Part shown: positions 6,403 to 13,020 of the stretch, in pieces
Layout of the letters: the number at the start of each line of letters is the position of its first letter
Position numbering within the stretch: the first letter of the stretch is position 1
Assembly (NCBI GenBank): GCA_038736825.1
Contig: JAVYME010000031.1
Span: forward strand, 1-13,674
Source: Candidatus Iainarchaeum sp.
GTDB taxonomy: Archaea; Iainarchaeota; Iainarchaeia; Iainarchaeales; DTGL01
DNA: 13,674 nt
Direction: 5' to 3'
Position numbers and translations under genes: made by a program
Notes under the pieces: generated by a model
What the model saw: the letters and a program-made list of their open reading frames with translations, nothing else
Told to the model about the DNA's origin: nothing
Databases searched by the model: none

Positions 6403-9153
6403 TTACTGCTTGTAAAGAGTGCAATTCTGGGTTGTTGTAACCCAATAGGATTTTCCCGGATAAAGGATTGAGGTGATTATAGTCTGCTGGCTTCCACTGC
6501 TATAATCATAGTATTTGAATTTGAGGTTTTCAAGCGCGCAATTGCCCTTTATTTGTTCTGTTGTCACTTCCGAATAAGGCGCTCCTATCAGATATGCCTT
6601 GTTTGCCTCCAAGTTTAATGGTTGGAAGTCCCAGATTGCACCATTCAATGATACAGTGCACTTGTATGAAGAATAAGCAGAAAAGCCTGTTCCGGGTTCA
6701 AGGACACGGCTTGGAGTGGATGAATAATATAGGTACTTATAAGTGTTGAGATTTGGGTCATAATATGAAACTTGGGTTATTCCACACAATTGGTATAATT
6801 TTGAAAGAGTGAAAGATTGATCGCTTACTGGGGTTGAAAAATAATTCCAGTTAGCTATCAGTGGAAGCTGAAAGTCTTTGGTTGTACTACACTCGAATGT
6901 TATTGTTTTTGGTGTTCCGTCTATTGTTGTGTAGTTGTATCCTCCGCATGTGCTTTTCCATGTTAGTTTTGTCCCGTTTGTTCCTTGTATTGTTGTTGTG
7001 CAGCTTGTGGTTCCTGTGCATTCGAATTTTTGTTCTATTGTGTAGCAGGTTTGTGTTGTGTTGCTGTTGTTGAAGATGCATTTTATTTGTTCTGTTGTGG
7101 GGGTTGGCGTGGGTGTTGTTGTGGTTGGGCAGGTGAGTGTTTTTTCTAGGCTGTTGTTGTTTTCGTTTGATTCTTTTATGTAGTTTAGTGAGTCTGCGAG
7201 TATTTTTATTTGGTGGGTTTTTCCTGGTGTGCAGGTCCAGCCTGGCATTGTTCTGGTTGTTGTTGTGTTGGCTGGTATTTCGTACATTGTGTCCCATGTT
7301 GTGTATTTGGTTGATCCGTCTGTGAATAGGTCGTTGTAGAATGTTGTGTTTGTTATTGGGGTGTTTCCTTGGTTTTTGATTTTGTAGTTAATCTTGTTAT
7401 TATCAGAAATCCAAATGTCTTCTATAAGCAAATCCGGTCCTCCCTTTTTTATGATGCTGTAATCAATGCTTTTTTGAGACTCTTTGGTTACTTCCAGCTT
7501 TATTGGGTATGTTCCATCGGGGAAGCTGGAAATGTCGATTTTGCAGATAATGCCTTTTGTTATTGTTGCTTTTTCAGAGCAGGCTAAGGTCCAGTCGACT
7601 GAACTAAGGTCGCTGTCTTTTTTTGAATGGTAAAGTTCGAACTGGTCTCCTATTGCAGTTCCTTTTATGATTAAATATGTTTCTGGTGTGCCTTCTATTG
7701 CGTCTAATTCTGCTATTGGTGGTTTGGATGATTGCACGGCTTTTGTTGCATCAATTCTGCCCCAGCCTTGCGCGAATATTGTGTCGCCTATGTTTTTTGC
7801 AGTGTTTTTTATTGCCGCTTTCACTTCGCTGGGATTCCAGTCTGGGTGGGCTTGCAATACAAGTGCTGCAAGTCCTGCGACATGCGGTGTTGCCATTGAA
7901 GTGCCAGAGAGAGAAATATGTTCTTCATCCAAGCAGGTTTTTGTGCTTTTTTTGTCATATCTTGCAGCGCATATGTAGTCGCCTGGGGCGGAAATGTCCG
8001 GTTTTACCAATATGCCTCCGCTTGAGGTTTTAACTGGTCCACGCGAGCTGAAATAAGCGACAGTGTCTTTTTTTGTTGTTGCTGCAACGGTTATTGCTTT
8101 TCTTGCACAGCCAGGGCTTTTTACTGTTTCAGTTGAAGGGCCTGAATTTCCGGCTGCTACGACTACAACACTGCCTGCTTCCACGGCTGAGTCAACTGCT
8201 TTTGACATGGGGTCGTCTGGGTTTCCATAGCCACCTAGGCTTAGTGAGAGTATGTCGGCGCGGTCGGAATAGTCTCCGTCTTGGTTTGGGTCAACGGCGA
8301 GTTCTATTCCCTTTATTATTCCTGTTATGGTTCCAAAGCCGTAGGAGTTGAGGACTTTGTATGCGAGTATTTTTGCATCTGGTGCGACTCCTTTTAGTGT
8401 TCCATTGCCTGCTGCTATTGCTGCGCAGTGTGTCCCATGACAGTGGTCGTCCATTGGATCGCTGTCGTTGTTTATTATGTCGTATCCTCCTATTACTTTG
8501 CAGTTTGGTCCAAGGCAGCCGCCCAAGTCAGGGTGTGTGTAGTCCACACCTGTGTCTATTATTGCTATTTTTTTGCCTTTTCCTGTTATTTTTTGCCCGC
8601 TGTTGTCGGTTAGGTTCCATGCTTCTGTGGCGCCAATCAATGGAATTGATTCGTTTAACAGAGCTTGTACTTCATAGTTTTTGTGGACTGCTTTTACGAA
8701 TGGTTTTTGTTCCAGCAGTCTTGCTTGTTCTTCTGATATTTTGGCGTATATTCCGTTGAATGTGTGCTTTATTTCGGTTATTGTTCTTTCCTGTATGCCA
8801 AGGGATTCTAGGAATGCTTTTGCCTGTTCTTGTTCTAAGGCAATTTGTTCTGTTTGGCTTTTCACTTTTTGCCTTAGCAGTTCGAGGTCAATTTTTATGT
8901 TTGCGCTGAGGATTTTGCCAAGGATTGAGTTTTTTTGGCTTTCTGGTAGGTTTTTGTATTTTTCTTGCATTGTTTTTATGGTTGCTTCGCTGTCCGCCCT
9001 GTATTTTAGCAAGGGCTCTGCTTTTAATTCAATTATGTAGCCATCCCATCTTGGTTCGCTTTCGCGATCAGCTTGAATGAAGTTTTCTGTTTCTGCAAGC
9101 GCAAATTGTAACAGTAGAATGGATAAAATAAATATTGTCAGGGGTTTTTTCAT
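6403..9153 (-). CDS. Secreted subtilisin-like serine protease (peptidase S8). It has a signal peptide, an I9-like propeptide, a CARDB-like domain, a PT linker, a Cys-rich module and a C-terminal beta-rich domain.
   Basis: The 916-aa ORF starts with signal peptide MKKPLTIFILSILLLQFALA. The catalytic residues are D200 (AIIDTGVD), H239 (HGTHCA), N336 (AAGNSG) and S419 (GTSMATPHVAG). PDLLIEDIWISDNN...NENNNS resembles CARDB. CPTTTTPTPTPTT is the linker at about 7093-7131. There are many N-x-S/T sequons. GGTGA lies 6 nt upstream of the ATG. Confidence 0.9.
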   Translation of the reverse strand: MKKPLTIFILSILLLQFALAETENFIQADRESEPRWDGYIIELKAEPLLKYRADSEATIKTMQEKYKNLPESQKNSILGKILSANIKIDLELLRQKVKSQTEQIALEQEQAKAFLESLGIQERTITEIKHTFNGIYAKISEEQARLLEQKPFVKAVHKNYEVQALLNESIPLIGATEAWNLTDNSGQKITGKGKKIAIIDTGVDYTHPDLGGCLGPNCKVIGGYDIINNDSDPMDDHCHGTHCAAIAAGNGTLKGVAPDAKILAYKVLNSYGFGTITGIIKGIELAVDPNQDGDYSDRADILSLSLGGYGNPDDPMSKAVDSAVEAGSVVVVAAGNSGPSTETVKSPGCARKAITVAATTKKDTVAYFSSRGPVKTSSGGILVKPDISAPGDYICAARYDKKSTKTCLDEEHISLSGTSMATPHVAGLAALVLQAHPDWNPSEVKAAIKNTAKNIGDTIFAQGWGRIDATKAVQSSKPPIAELDAIEGTPETYLIIKGTAIGDQFELYHSKKDSDLSSVDWTLACSEKATITKGIICKIDISSFPDGTYPIKLEVTKESQKSIDYSIIKKGGPDLLIEDIWISDNNKINYKIKNQGNTPITNTTFYNDLFTDGSTKYTTWDTMYEIPANTTTTRTMPGWTCTPGKTHQIKILADSLNYIKESNENNNSLEKTLTCPTTTTPTPTPTTEQIKCIFNNSNTTQTCYTIEQKFECTGTTSCTTTIQGTNGTKLTWKSTCGGYNYTTIDGTPKTITFECSTTKDFQLPLIANWNYFSTPVSDQSFTLSKLYQLCGITQVSYYDPNLNTYKYLYYSSTPSRVLEPGTGFSAYSSYKCTVSLNGAIWDFQPLNLEANKAYLIGAPYSEVTTEQIKGNCALENLKFKYYDYSSGSQQTIITSILYPGKSYWVTTTQNCTLYKQ
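6548..6564. repeat. Copy 1 of an exact 17-nt direct repeat (tttatttgttctgttgt) inside the subtilase gene
   Basis: The same 17-mer occurs at 7082-7098. Both copies encode T-T-E-Q-I-K in the gene's reading frame. Confidence 0.85.
7082..7098. repeat. Copy 2 of the exact 17-nt direct repeat inside the subtilase gene
   Basis: It is identical to 6548-6564. The spacing is 534 nt, which is 178 codons and therefore in frame. Confidence 0.85.
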
Positions 9154-9704
9154 TGTTGTTCACCTGCCTTGGAGATTATTTCTTTTATTTTTGTTTCAAT
9201 TTCCTGCAGTTTTTCTTTTAGACTGCCAGTGCATTGGTTTCTGAATATGAATGCAGTGTTTTCAAAGTTTGTTTGGCTTGCTTCGGCCGGTGTGAAGCTG
9301 CAGGTTGTTCTTGTCCCTTTTAGGGTGTTCAGGTATTCTTCTAGAGCTGTTTTTATTTTTTGTTCTGTTTCGTTTTGTGGTTCTGCTTTTGCAAGGGTGA
9401 TTTCTTTTAGTGTTATAGTGATTTGGCATTTTTCTCCTTCTTTGCCTGTAATGTTTGCTTCTGCCTTTGTTGTTGTTTCCTGCACTGTTTCTGTTATTGT
9501 GAAGTTTGCTTTTGTGCATTTTTCTGCGTTTTGCTTGAAGCATTCAGCGGTAGTGCAATTTTGCGTTTCTGGTGTTTGAGCTGAGGGGGTTGCTGTTGCA
9601 GGAGGTGGTGTTGGCGGCTGGCTTGGGTTTGATTGAGGCCCAATGCAGCCTAAAAATAAAAGGAGTGTTATTAAAAGAGAAGACATAATTAACGATTTTT
9701 TCAT
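9150..9704 (-). CDS. Small secreted, possibly lipid-anchored Cys-containing protein of unknown function, translationally coupled to the subtilase
   Basis: The track ORF 9150-9782 runs through the promoter region. The internal ATG at 9704 gives MKKSLIMSSLLITLLLFLGCIGPQSNPSQPPTPPPATATPS..., a signal peptide followed by a non-canonical lipobox-like LGC. GGTGA lies 4 nt upstream. Its TGA stop overlaps the subtilase ATG (ATGA at 9150-9153). Confidence 0.7.
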   Translation of the reverse strand: MKKSLIMSSLLITLLLFLGCIGPQSNPSQPPTPPPATATPSAQTPETQNCTTAECFKQNAEKCTKANFTITETVQETTTKAEANITGKEGEKCQITITLKEITLAKAEPQNETEQKIKTALEEYLNTLKGTRTTCSFTPAEASQTNFENTAFIFRNQCTGSLKEKLQEIETKIKEIISKAGEQQ

Positions 9705-9733
9705 AAAATCACCCTTTGAATTATCTCTTAACT

Positions 9734-9752
9734 TATATATATATATATATAT
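9734..9752. repeat. (TA)9T dinucleotide microsatellite in the divergent intergenic region. It is a likely TATA element of the small-protein/subtilase operon.
   Basis: Direct reading gives tatatatatatatatatat. It lies 30-48 nt upstream of the minus-strand ATG at 9704 and 53-71 nt upstream of the plus-strand ATG at 9805. Confidence 0.85.
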
Positions 9753-9804
9753 TTTTGTGCTGTCTTGCATTAAACTATTCAATTTTTTGGACTTTTATTC
9801 TGGC

Positions 9805-10704
9805 ATGGTTTTTGGTCTTGAGCACTATGAAGCCATTGTTGCAGGCAATCAAATGCCTCGCTTTTTTTTAGCACGTGAAACTGGTTTTTTGAATGAAAAA
9901 ATAGGCGAAACTGAATGCATTCTTGAAAACTGCGAGTTGTGCGAGCGAAGTTGCGGGGTTGACAGATTGCATGGAGTGAAAGGTTTTTGTGGTGCTGGTG
10001 TTGAACCAAGGGTTTTTGGCGCTCACCCGCATTATGGCGAGGAGGCCGAGCTTGTGCCTTCTGGAACTATTTTTTTTTCAGGTTGCACAATGCGTTGTGT
10101 TTACTGCCAGAATGCTCCACAAAGCGTGAACGCAGAATTGGGGGAAAAATGGGGTTTTGAAAGGATTGCACAATGCATGGAGGGAATGCAAGCACAGGGT
10201 TGCAAAAACATTAATTTTGTCGGCGGTGACCCCACTCCAAACCTTTTGGCAATATTAAAAGCGCTTTCAATCACAAAAGCGTCACTGCCTGTTGTCTGGA
10301 ACTCCAATTCTTATTATAGTGAAAAGACTGCAAGGCTGTTGGAAGGAATTGTGGATGTTTTTTTGCTTGATTTTCGCTATTTTTCAAACGAGTGCGCTGA
10401 AAAATACAGTGATTCACCCTTTTATGTGGAAACCGCAAAAAGCAACCTCCTCAAAGCAAAAAAGAATGCAGAATTGCTTGTAAGGGTTTTGGTAATGCCA
10501 TCCCACATTGAATGTTGTGCCAAGCCAATCCTTGAATGGATTGCAAAAAACACTGGAAAGAATACGCGTGTTAACATAATGGACCAATACTATCCCGCCT
10601 TTAATTCCTTCAGGTTTCCAGAAATAAACAAGCGGCTTTCCAGGCTGGAGTTTGTGCAGGTTTTAGAGTTTGCTGAAAGCCTTGGCTTGAAAAACCTTGC
10701 CTGA
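9805..10704 (+). CDS. Radical SAM protein, PflX-like (COG1313, putative glycyl-radical-activase-like)
   Basis: The track ORF 9643-10704 overlaps the neighbouring gene and promoter. The ATG at 9805 gives MVFGLEHYEA... It has the N-terminal Cys motif CELCERSCGVDRLHGVKGFCG and the canonical radical SAM motif GCTMRCVYCQN (Cx3Cx2C). The start is uncertain; an alternative ATG is at 9853. Confidence 0.85.
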   Translation: MVFGLEHYEAIVAGNQMPRFFLARETGFLNEKIGETECILENCELCERSCGVDRLHGVKGFCGAGVEPRVFGAHPHYGEEAELVPSGTIFFSGCTMRCVYCQNAPQSVNAELGEKWGFERIAQCMEGMQAQGCKNINFVGGDPTPNLLAILKALSITKASLPVVWNSNSYYSEKTARLLEGIVDVFLLDFRYFSNECAEKYSDSPFYVETAKSNLLKAKKNAELLVRVLVMPSHIECCAKPILEWIAKNTGKNTRVNIMDQYYPAFNSFRFPEINKRLSRLEFVQVLEFAESLGLKNLA

Positions 10705-10740
10705 AGTTGTGTTATAAGCATAATGCTGTTATTTTTTGGT

Positions 10741-11129
10741 ATGGAGAAAGCCTTGCAAAAAACCGTTTTAGTTGTTGATGACAAGAGAAAATTCAGAGAA
10801 AGATTTGCAAGAGAATATTTGGCAGCCGGTTACAGGGTTTATTTGGCTTCTTCCATAAGGAAGCCAAAGAACTAATTAAAAAAAACAATTTTGACTTGAT
10901 TGTCACAGACCTTTATTTCAGGAAACCCGGCGGATTGATCGCAAGGCCTGACGGCATTGCCCTTAGCAAGTGGTGCAAGGAAAACGGGATAAAGAGCAGA
11001 ATAGTCTTGCAATCCACTGCGTTTGAGCATTTTTTTGCAAAACCGTTTGCTTTTAGGGCAAAGCGTTGGGCGAAAAAAAGCGGTGTTGAAACAAGAAAGA
11101 AAAAAAGCCAGTGGAATAGGAAAGCATAG
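10741..11129 (+). pseudogene. Stand-alone CheY-like response-regulator receiver domain interrupted by a frameshift. It is a pseudogene or an assembly error.
   Basis: The frame from ATG 10741 gives MEKALQKTVLVVDDKRKFRERFAREYLAAGYRVYLASS, then IRKPKN-stop at 10873-10875. The -1 frame, open from 10782, continues from about 10857 as KEAKELIKKNNFDLIVTDLYFRKPGGLIARPDGIALSKWCKENGIKSRIVLQSTAFEHFFAKPFAF... and stops at 11127-11129. Joined, the pieces give the receiver landmarks DD, phospho-acceptor D (VTD), T (QST) and K (KPF), with a total length of about 129 aa. Confidence 0.55.
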
Positions 11130-11130
11130 C

Positions 11131-11138
11131 TTTTTTTT
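11131..11138 (+). terminator. T8 run, candidate archaeal oligo-T terminator after the receiver gene
   Basis: tttttttt starts 2 nt after the TAG at 11127-11129. Confidence 0.35.
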
Positions 11139-11150
11139 CATAAAACGGGC

Positions 11151-11160
11151 TATATATTTA
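11151..11160 (+). promoter_or_regulatory. Candidate TATA box for the PPC-RidA operon
   Basis: tatatattta lies 25-34 nt upstream of the ATG at 11185. There is no SD motif before that ATG, so a leaderless or near-leaderless transcript is expected. Confidence 0.45.
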
Positions 11161-11184
11161 AGTTTTGCCTTTCACTATCCAAAT

Positions 11185-11604
11185 ATGCGTTTCAAGGAAG
11201 AATCAGGCATTTTGTTTGTGCGCCTTTTTGCCGGCGAGGATTTTTTTGAGGGCTTGGAGTTGGCTTGCAAAGGCTCAGAGTGTGCCACTGCAATTGTTGT
11301 TTCCGCTGTCGGCATGCTTTCCGATTTCGAGCTCGGCTATTTCAGGAAAAAAGGCGATTATGCAAAGCAATTTTTCAAAAAACCCCACGAACTTGTTGCC
11401 TTGAATGGCTTGATTTTAAGGGATGCAAAGGGTTACAATTTTCACTTGCATGCTGCGCTTTCAAATGAAAAAAAGCAGTTGAGGGGCGGGCACTTGTTTT
11501 CTGCAAAAGTCAAAATCACTGCAGAAATTGTTCTGTTAAAGTCAGCGATTCCATTGCATCGCGAGTTAGAGGAAGAAACCGGTTTGATGGGTTTAAAGCT
11601 TTAA
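11185..11604 (+). CDS. PPC (DUF296, PD1-like) domain protein, predicted DNA-binding
   Basis: The track ORF 11023-11604 overlaps the receiver gene and the promoter. The ATG at 11185 gives MRFKEESGILFVRLFAGEDFFEGLELACK...AIVVSAVGMLSDFELGYF...GYNFHLHAALSNEKKQLRGGHLFSAKVKITAEIVLL. This matches the typical PPC pattern H.H....GGHL....V..T.E. Confidence 0.7.
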   Translation: MRFKEESGILFVRLFAGEDFFEGLELACKGSECATAIVVSAVGMLSDFELGYFRKKGDYAKQFFKKPHELVALNGLILRDAKGYNFHLHAALSNEKKQLRGGHLFSAKVKITAEIVLLKSAIPLHRELEEETGLMGLKL

Positions 11605-11618
11605 AGAGGTGGTTTTTT

Positions 11619-12032
11619 TTGCCAAAGGTTTTATTGAATCCAAAAAATTTCACTCCGCCTTTGGGGGCTTACTCGCATGGAGTTAAGGCGGAAATAGGCG
11701 ATGCGGAAATAATTTTTGTAACCGGTCAAATGGCAATTGATTCAAAAGGAAAGCCTGTTGCGCCAGGAAACATCAAAAAGCAAACAGAATTCATTTTCCA
11801 AAACATTCAAAAAATACTGGGTGAAGCGCACGCTTCCCTTGACAATGTGGCAAAGGCAACAATTTTTCTCAAAAACATGAAAGACTTCAAGGAAATGTCT
11901 GCAGTAAGAGACAAGTATTTTGCCAAGGCAAGACCTGCCAGCACTTGTGTTGAAATCAGTGATACTGTGAAAAAGGGCTGTGATGTTGTGATTGAAGTGA
12001 TTGCAGTGAAGAGGAAGGCAGAGTTTTGGTGA
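11619..12032 (+). CDS. ridA: RidA / YjgF / L-PSP family reactive-intermediate (enamine/imine) deaminase
   Basis: The 137-aa ORF has PPLGAYSHGVKA, IFVTGQMAID, PGNIKKQTEFIFQNIQKIL, ATIFLKNM.DF and ARPASTCVEIS...IEVIAV. It starts at TTG 11619, 6 nt after a strong SD (aagaggtgg at 11604-11612). The next in-frame ATG would delete the conserved N-terminus. Confidence 0.85.
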   Translation: MPKVLLNPKNFTPPLGAYSHGVKAEIGDAEIIFVTGQMAIDSKGKPVAPGNIKKQTEFIFQNIQKILGEAHASLDNVAKATIFLKNMKDFKEMSAVRDKYFAKARPASTCVEISDTVKKGCDVVIEVIAVKRKAEFW

Positions 12033-12033
12033 A

Positions 12034-12939
12034 CTATTTGCTTTGCTTTATTGCTTGGGCGAGCAGTGGTGCAATGCTTAAAACCCGCAATTTTTTCAAT
12101 TCTTTTTTGTGTTCTTTTTGCGGTATTGTGTTTGTGACAATCACTTCCTTCACTGGCGCGCTCTTCAGCCTTTCAATTGCTTTTCCTGCAAGCACTCCAT
12201 GGGTTGCTGCAACATAAACGTTTTGAGCGCCGTTTGATTTCAGGATTTTTATTGCTTCGCACATTGTGCCAGCAGTGCTGATTATGTCGTCTATGATGAC
12301 ACAGTTTTTTCCCCTTATTTCCCCTTCAATTTTTTCTGCAACAACCTGGGAGCCTGAAAGCCTTTTCTTGGAGATTGCTGCAATTTTTGCGTTCAAGGCT
12401 TTTGCCTGTTTTTTGACGTTTTTCAGCGCGCCCTTGTCTGGAGCGACAACAACCAGGTCTTTGATTTTTTTGCTTTTAAAATATTGTGCTATTATTGGGA
12501 GTGCATGCAAGTGCGCTTTTGGCTTCAAGAATTTTTCCACTGCGCGCGAGTGCAAATCCATTGCAATGAATTCGTTGACTCCAGCGCTTTTGAGCAGTAT
12601 TGAAAACAATTGTGCTGAAACAGGCTCGCCTTCCTTGACTTTGCGGTCCTGCCTTGCATAACCATAATAAGGCATTACTGCAATTATTTTTTTTGCTCCA
12701 GCACGCTTTGCAGCATCTGCAGCCAACAACAATTCAATCAAGTGCTCGTTTGCCGGAGTGCAAGTTGGCTGTATAATGAAAACCTTTTTTTGCTTTAATG
12801 GCGTGTCAATTCGCGCATAGGTTTCCAAGTCTGGAAATTTTTCAATTGCAAGCTTTCCAAGCTTCAAGCCACAATTTTTTGCTGTTTCCCTTGCCAGTTC
12901 CAGGTTTGCATTTCCAGAGAGAACAACAATGTTTTCCAC
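12034..12939 (-). CDS. prs: Ribose-phosphate pyrophosphokinase (PRPP synthetase)
   Basis: The 301-aa ORF has KFPDLETYARI, PYYGYARQDRK, VAPDKGA and the PRPP loop VIIDDIISTAGT. It starts at GTG (complement of 12937-12939), and no in-frame ATG lies nearby. Confidence 0.9.
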   Translation of the reverse strand: MENIVVLSGNANLELARETAKNCGLKLGKLAIEKFPDLETYARIDTPLKQKKVFIIQPTCTPANEHLIELLLAADAAKRAGAKKIIAVMPYYGYARQDRKVKEGEPVSAQLFSILLKSAGVNEFIAMDLHSRAVEKFLKPKAHLHALPIIAQYFKSKKIKDLVVVAPDKGALKNVKKQAKALNAKIAAISKKRLSGSQVVAEKIEGEIRGKNCVIIDDIISTAGTMCEAIKILKSNGAQNVYVAATHGVLAGKAIERLKSAPVKEVIVTNTIPQKEHKKELKKLRVLSIAPLLAQAIKQSK

Positions 12940-12983
12940 TAAAATGCCCCCAAAGAGTGAAGAATAGATTGATTACTAATCAT

Positions 12984-12995
12984 TAAAAGTTTATG
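12984..12995 (+). promoter_or_regulatory. Candidate TATA box for the enolase gene
   Basis: ttaaaagtttat lies 26-37 nt upstream of the ATG at 13021. Confidence 0.3.
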
Positions 12996-13020
12996 CGTGT
13001 TCCTTATTTTGGGTGTTTTT

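Noticed and set aside
6861-9579. A series of plus-strand Leu/Cys/Phe-rich ORFs (6861-7073, 7137-7325, 7677-8033, 8073-8351, 8361-8759, 8681-9040, 9169-9579 and others). Also the same-strand alternate-frame ORFs 6887-7297 and 9262-9543 (Asn/His/Lys/Arg-rich).
   Set aside because: The coding (minus) strand is A/C-rich and T-poor across the Thr/Pro/Asn/Lys-rich genes. Stop codons are therefore rare in several frames. The products are low-complexity with no motifs, whereas the subtilase and small-protein frames carry clear catalytic and signal motifs.
9643-9804. N-terminal extensions of track ORFs 9150-9782 (-), 9643-10704 (+) and 11023-11604 (+), and the TTG start at 1065
   Set aside because: The extensions run through the (TA)9 tract, the TATA boxes or the neighbouring genes, and they encode junk such as YIYIYK. 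Internal ATGs give canonical N-termini (a signal peptide or a domain start) at proper promoter spacing.
6403-10704. A RiPP-like cluster made up of a radical SAM enzyme, a small Cys-containing peptide and an S8 protease
   Set aside because: The small protein is 184 aa with a Sec-type signal peptide, so it is not a leader/core precursor. The radical SAM enzyme is of the PflX activase-like type rather than SPASM/rSAM maturase-like, and it is divergently transcribed. No transporter or additional tailoring genes are present. I kept only a weak neighbourhood note.
10872-11141. Minus-strand 89-aa ORF with a hydrophobic, signal-like N-terminus (MKKKLCFPIPLAFFLSCF...)
   Set aside because: It is antisense to the region that spells the receiver-domain landmarks on the plus strand. 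It has no recognisable motifs, and its ATG sits in the T8/A8 tract. It cannot be fully excluded if the receiver is a dead gene.
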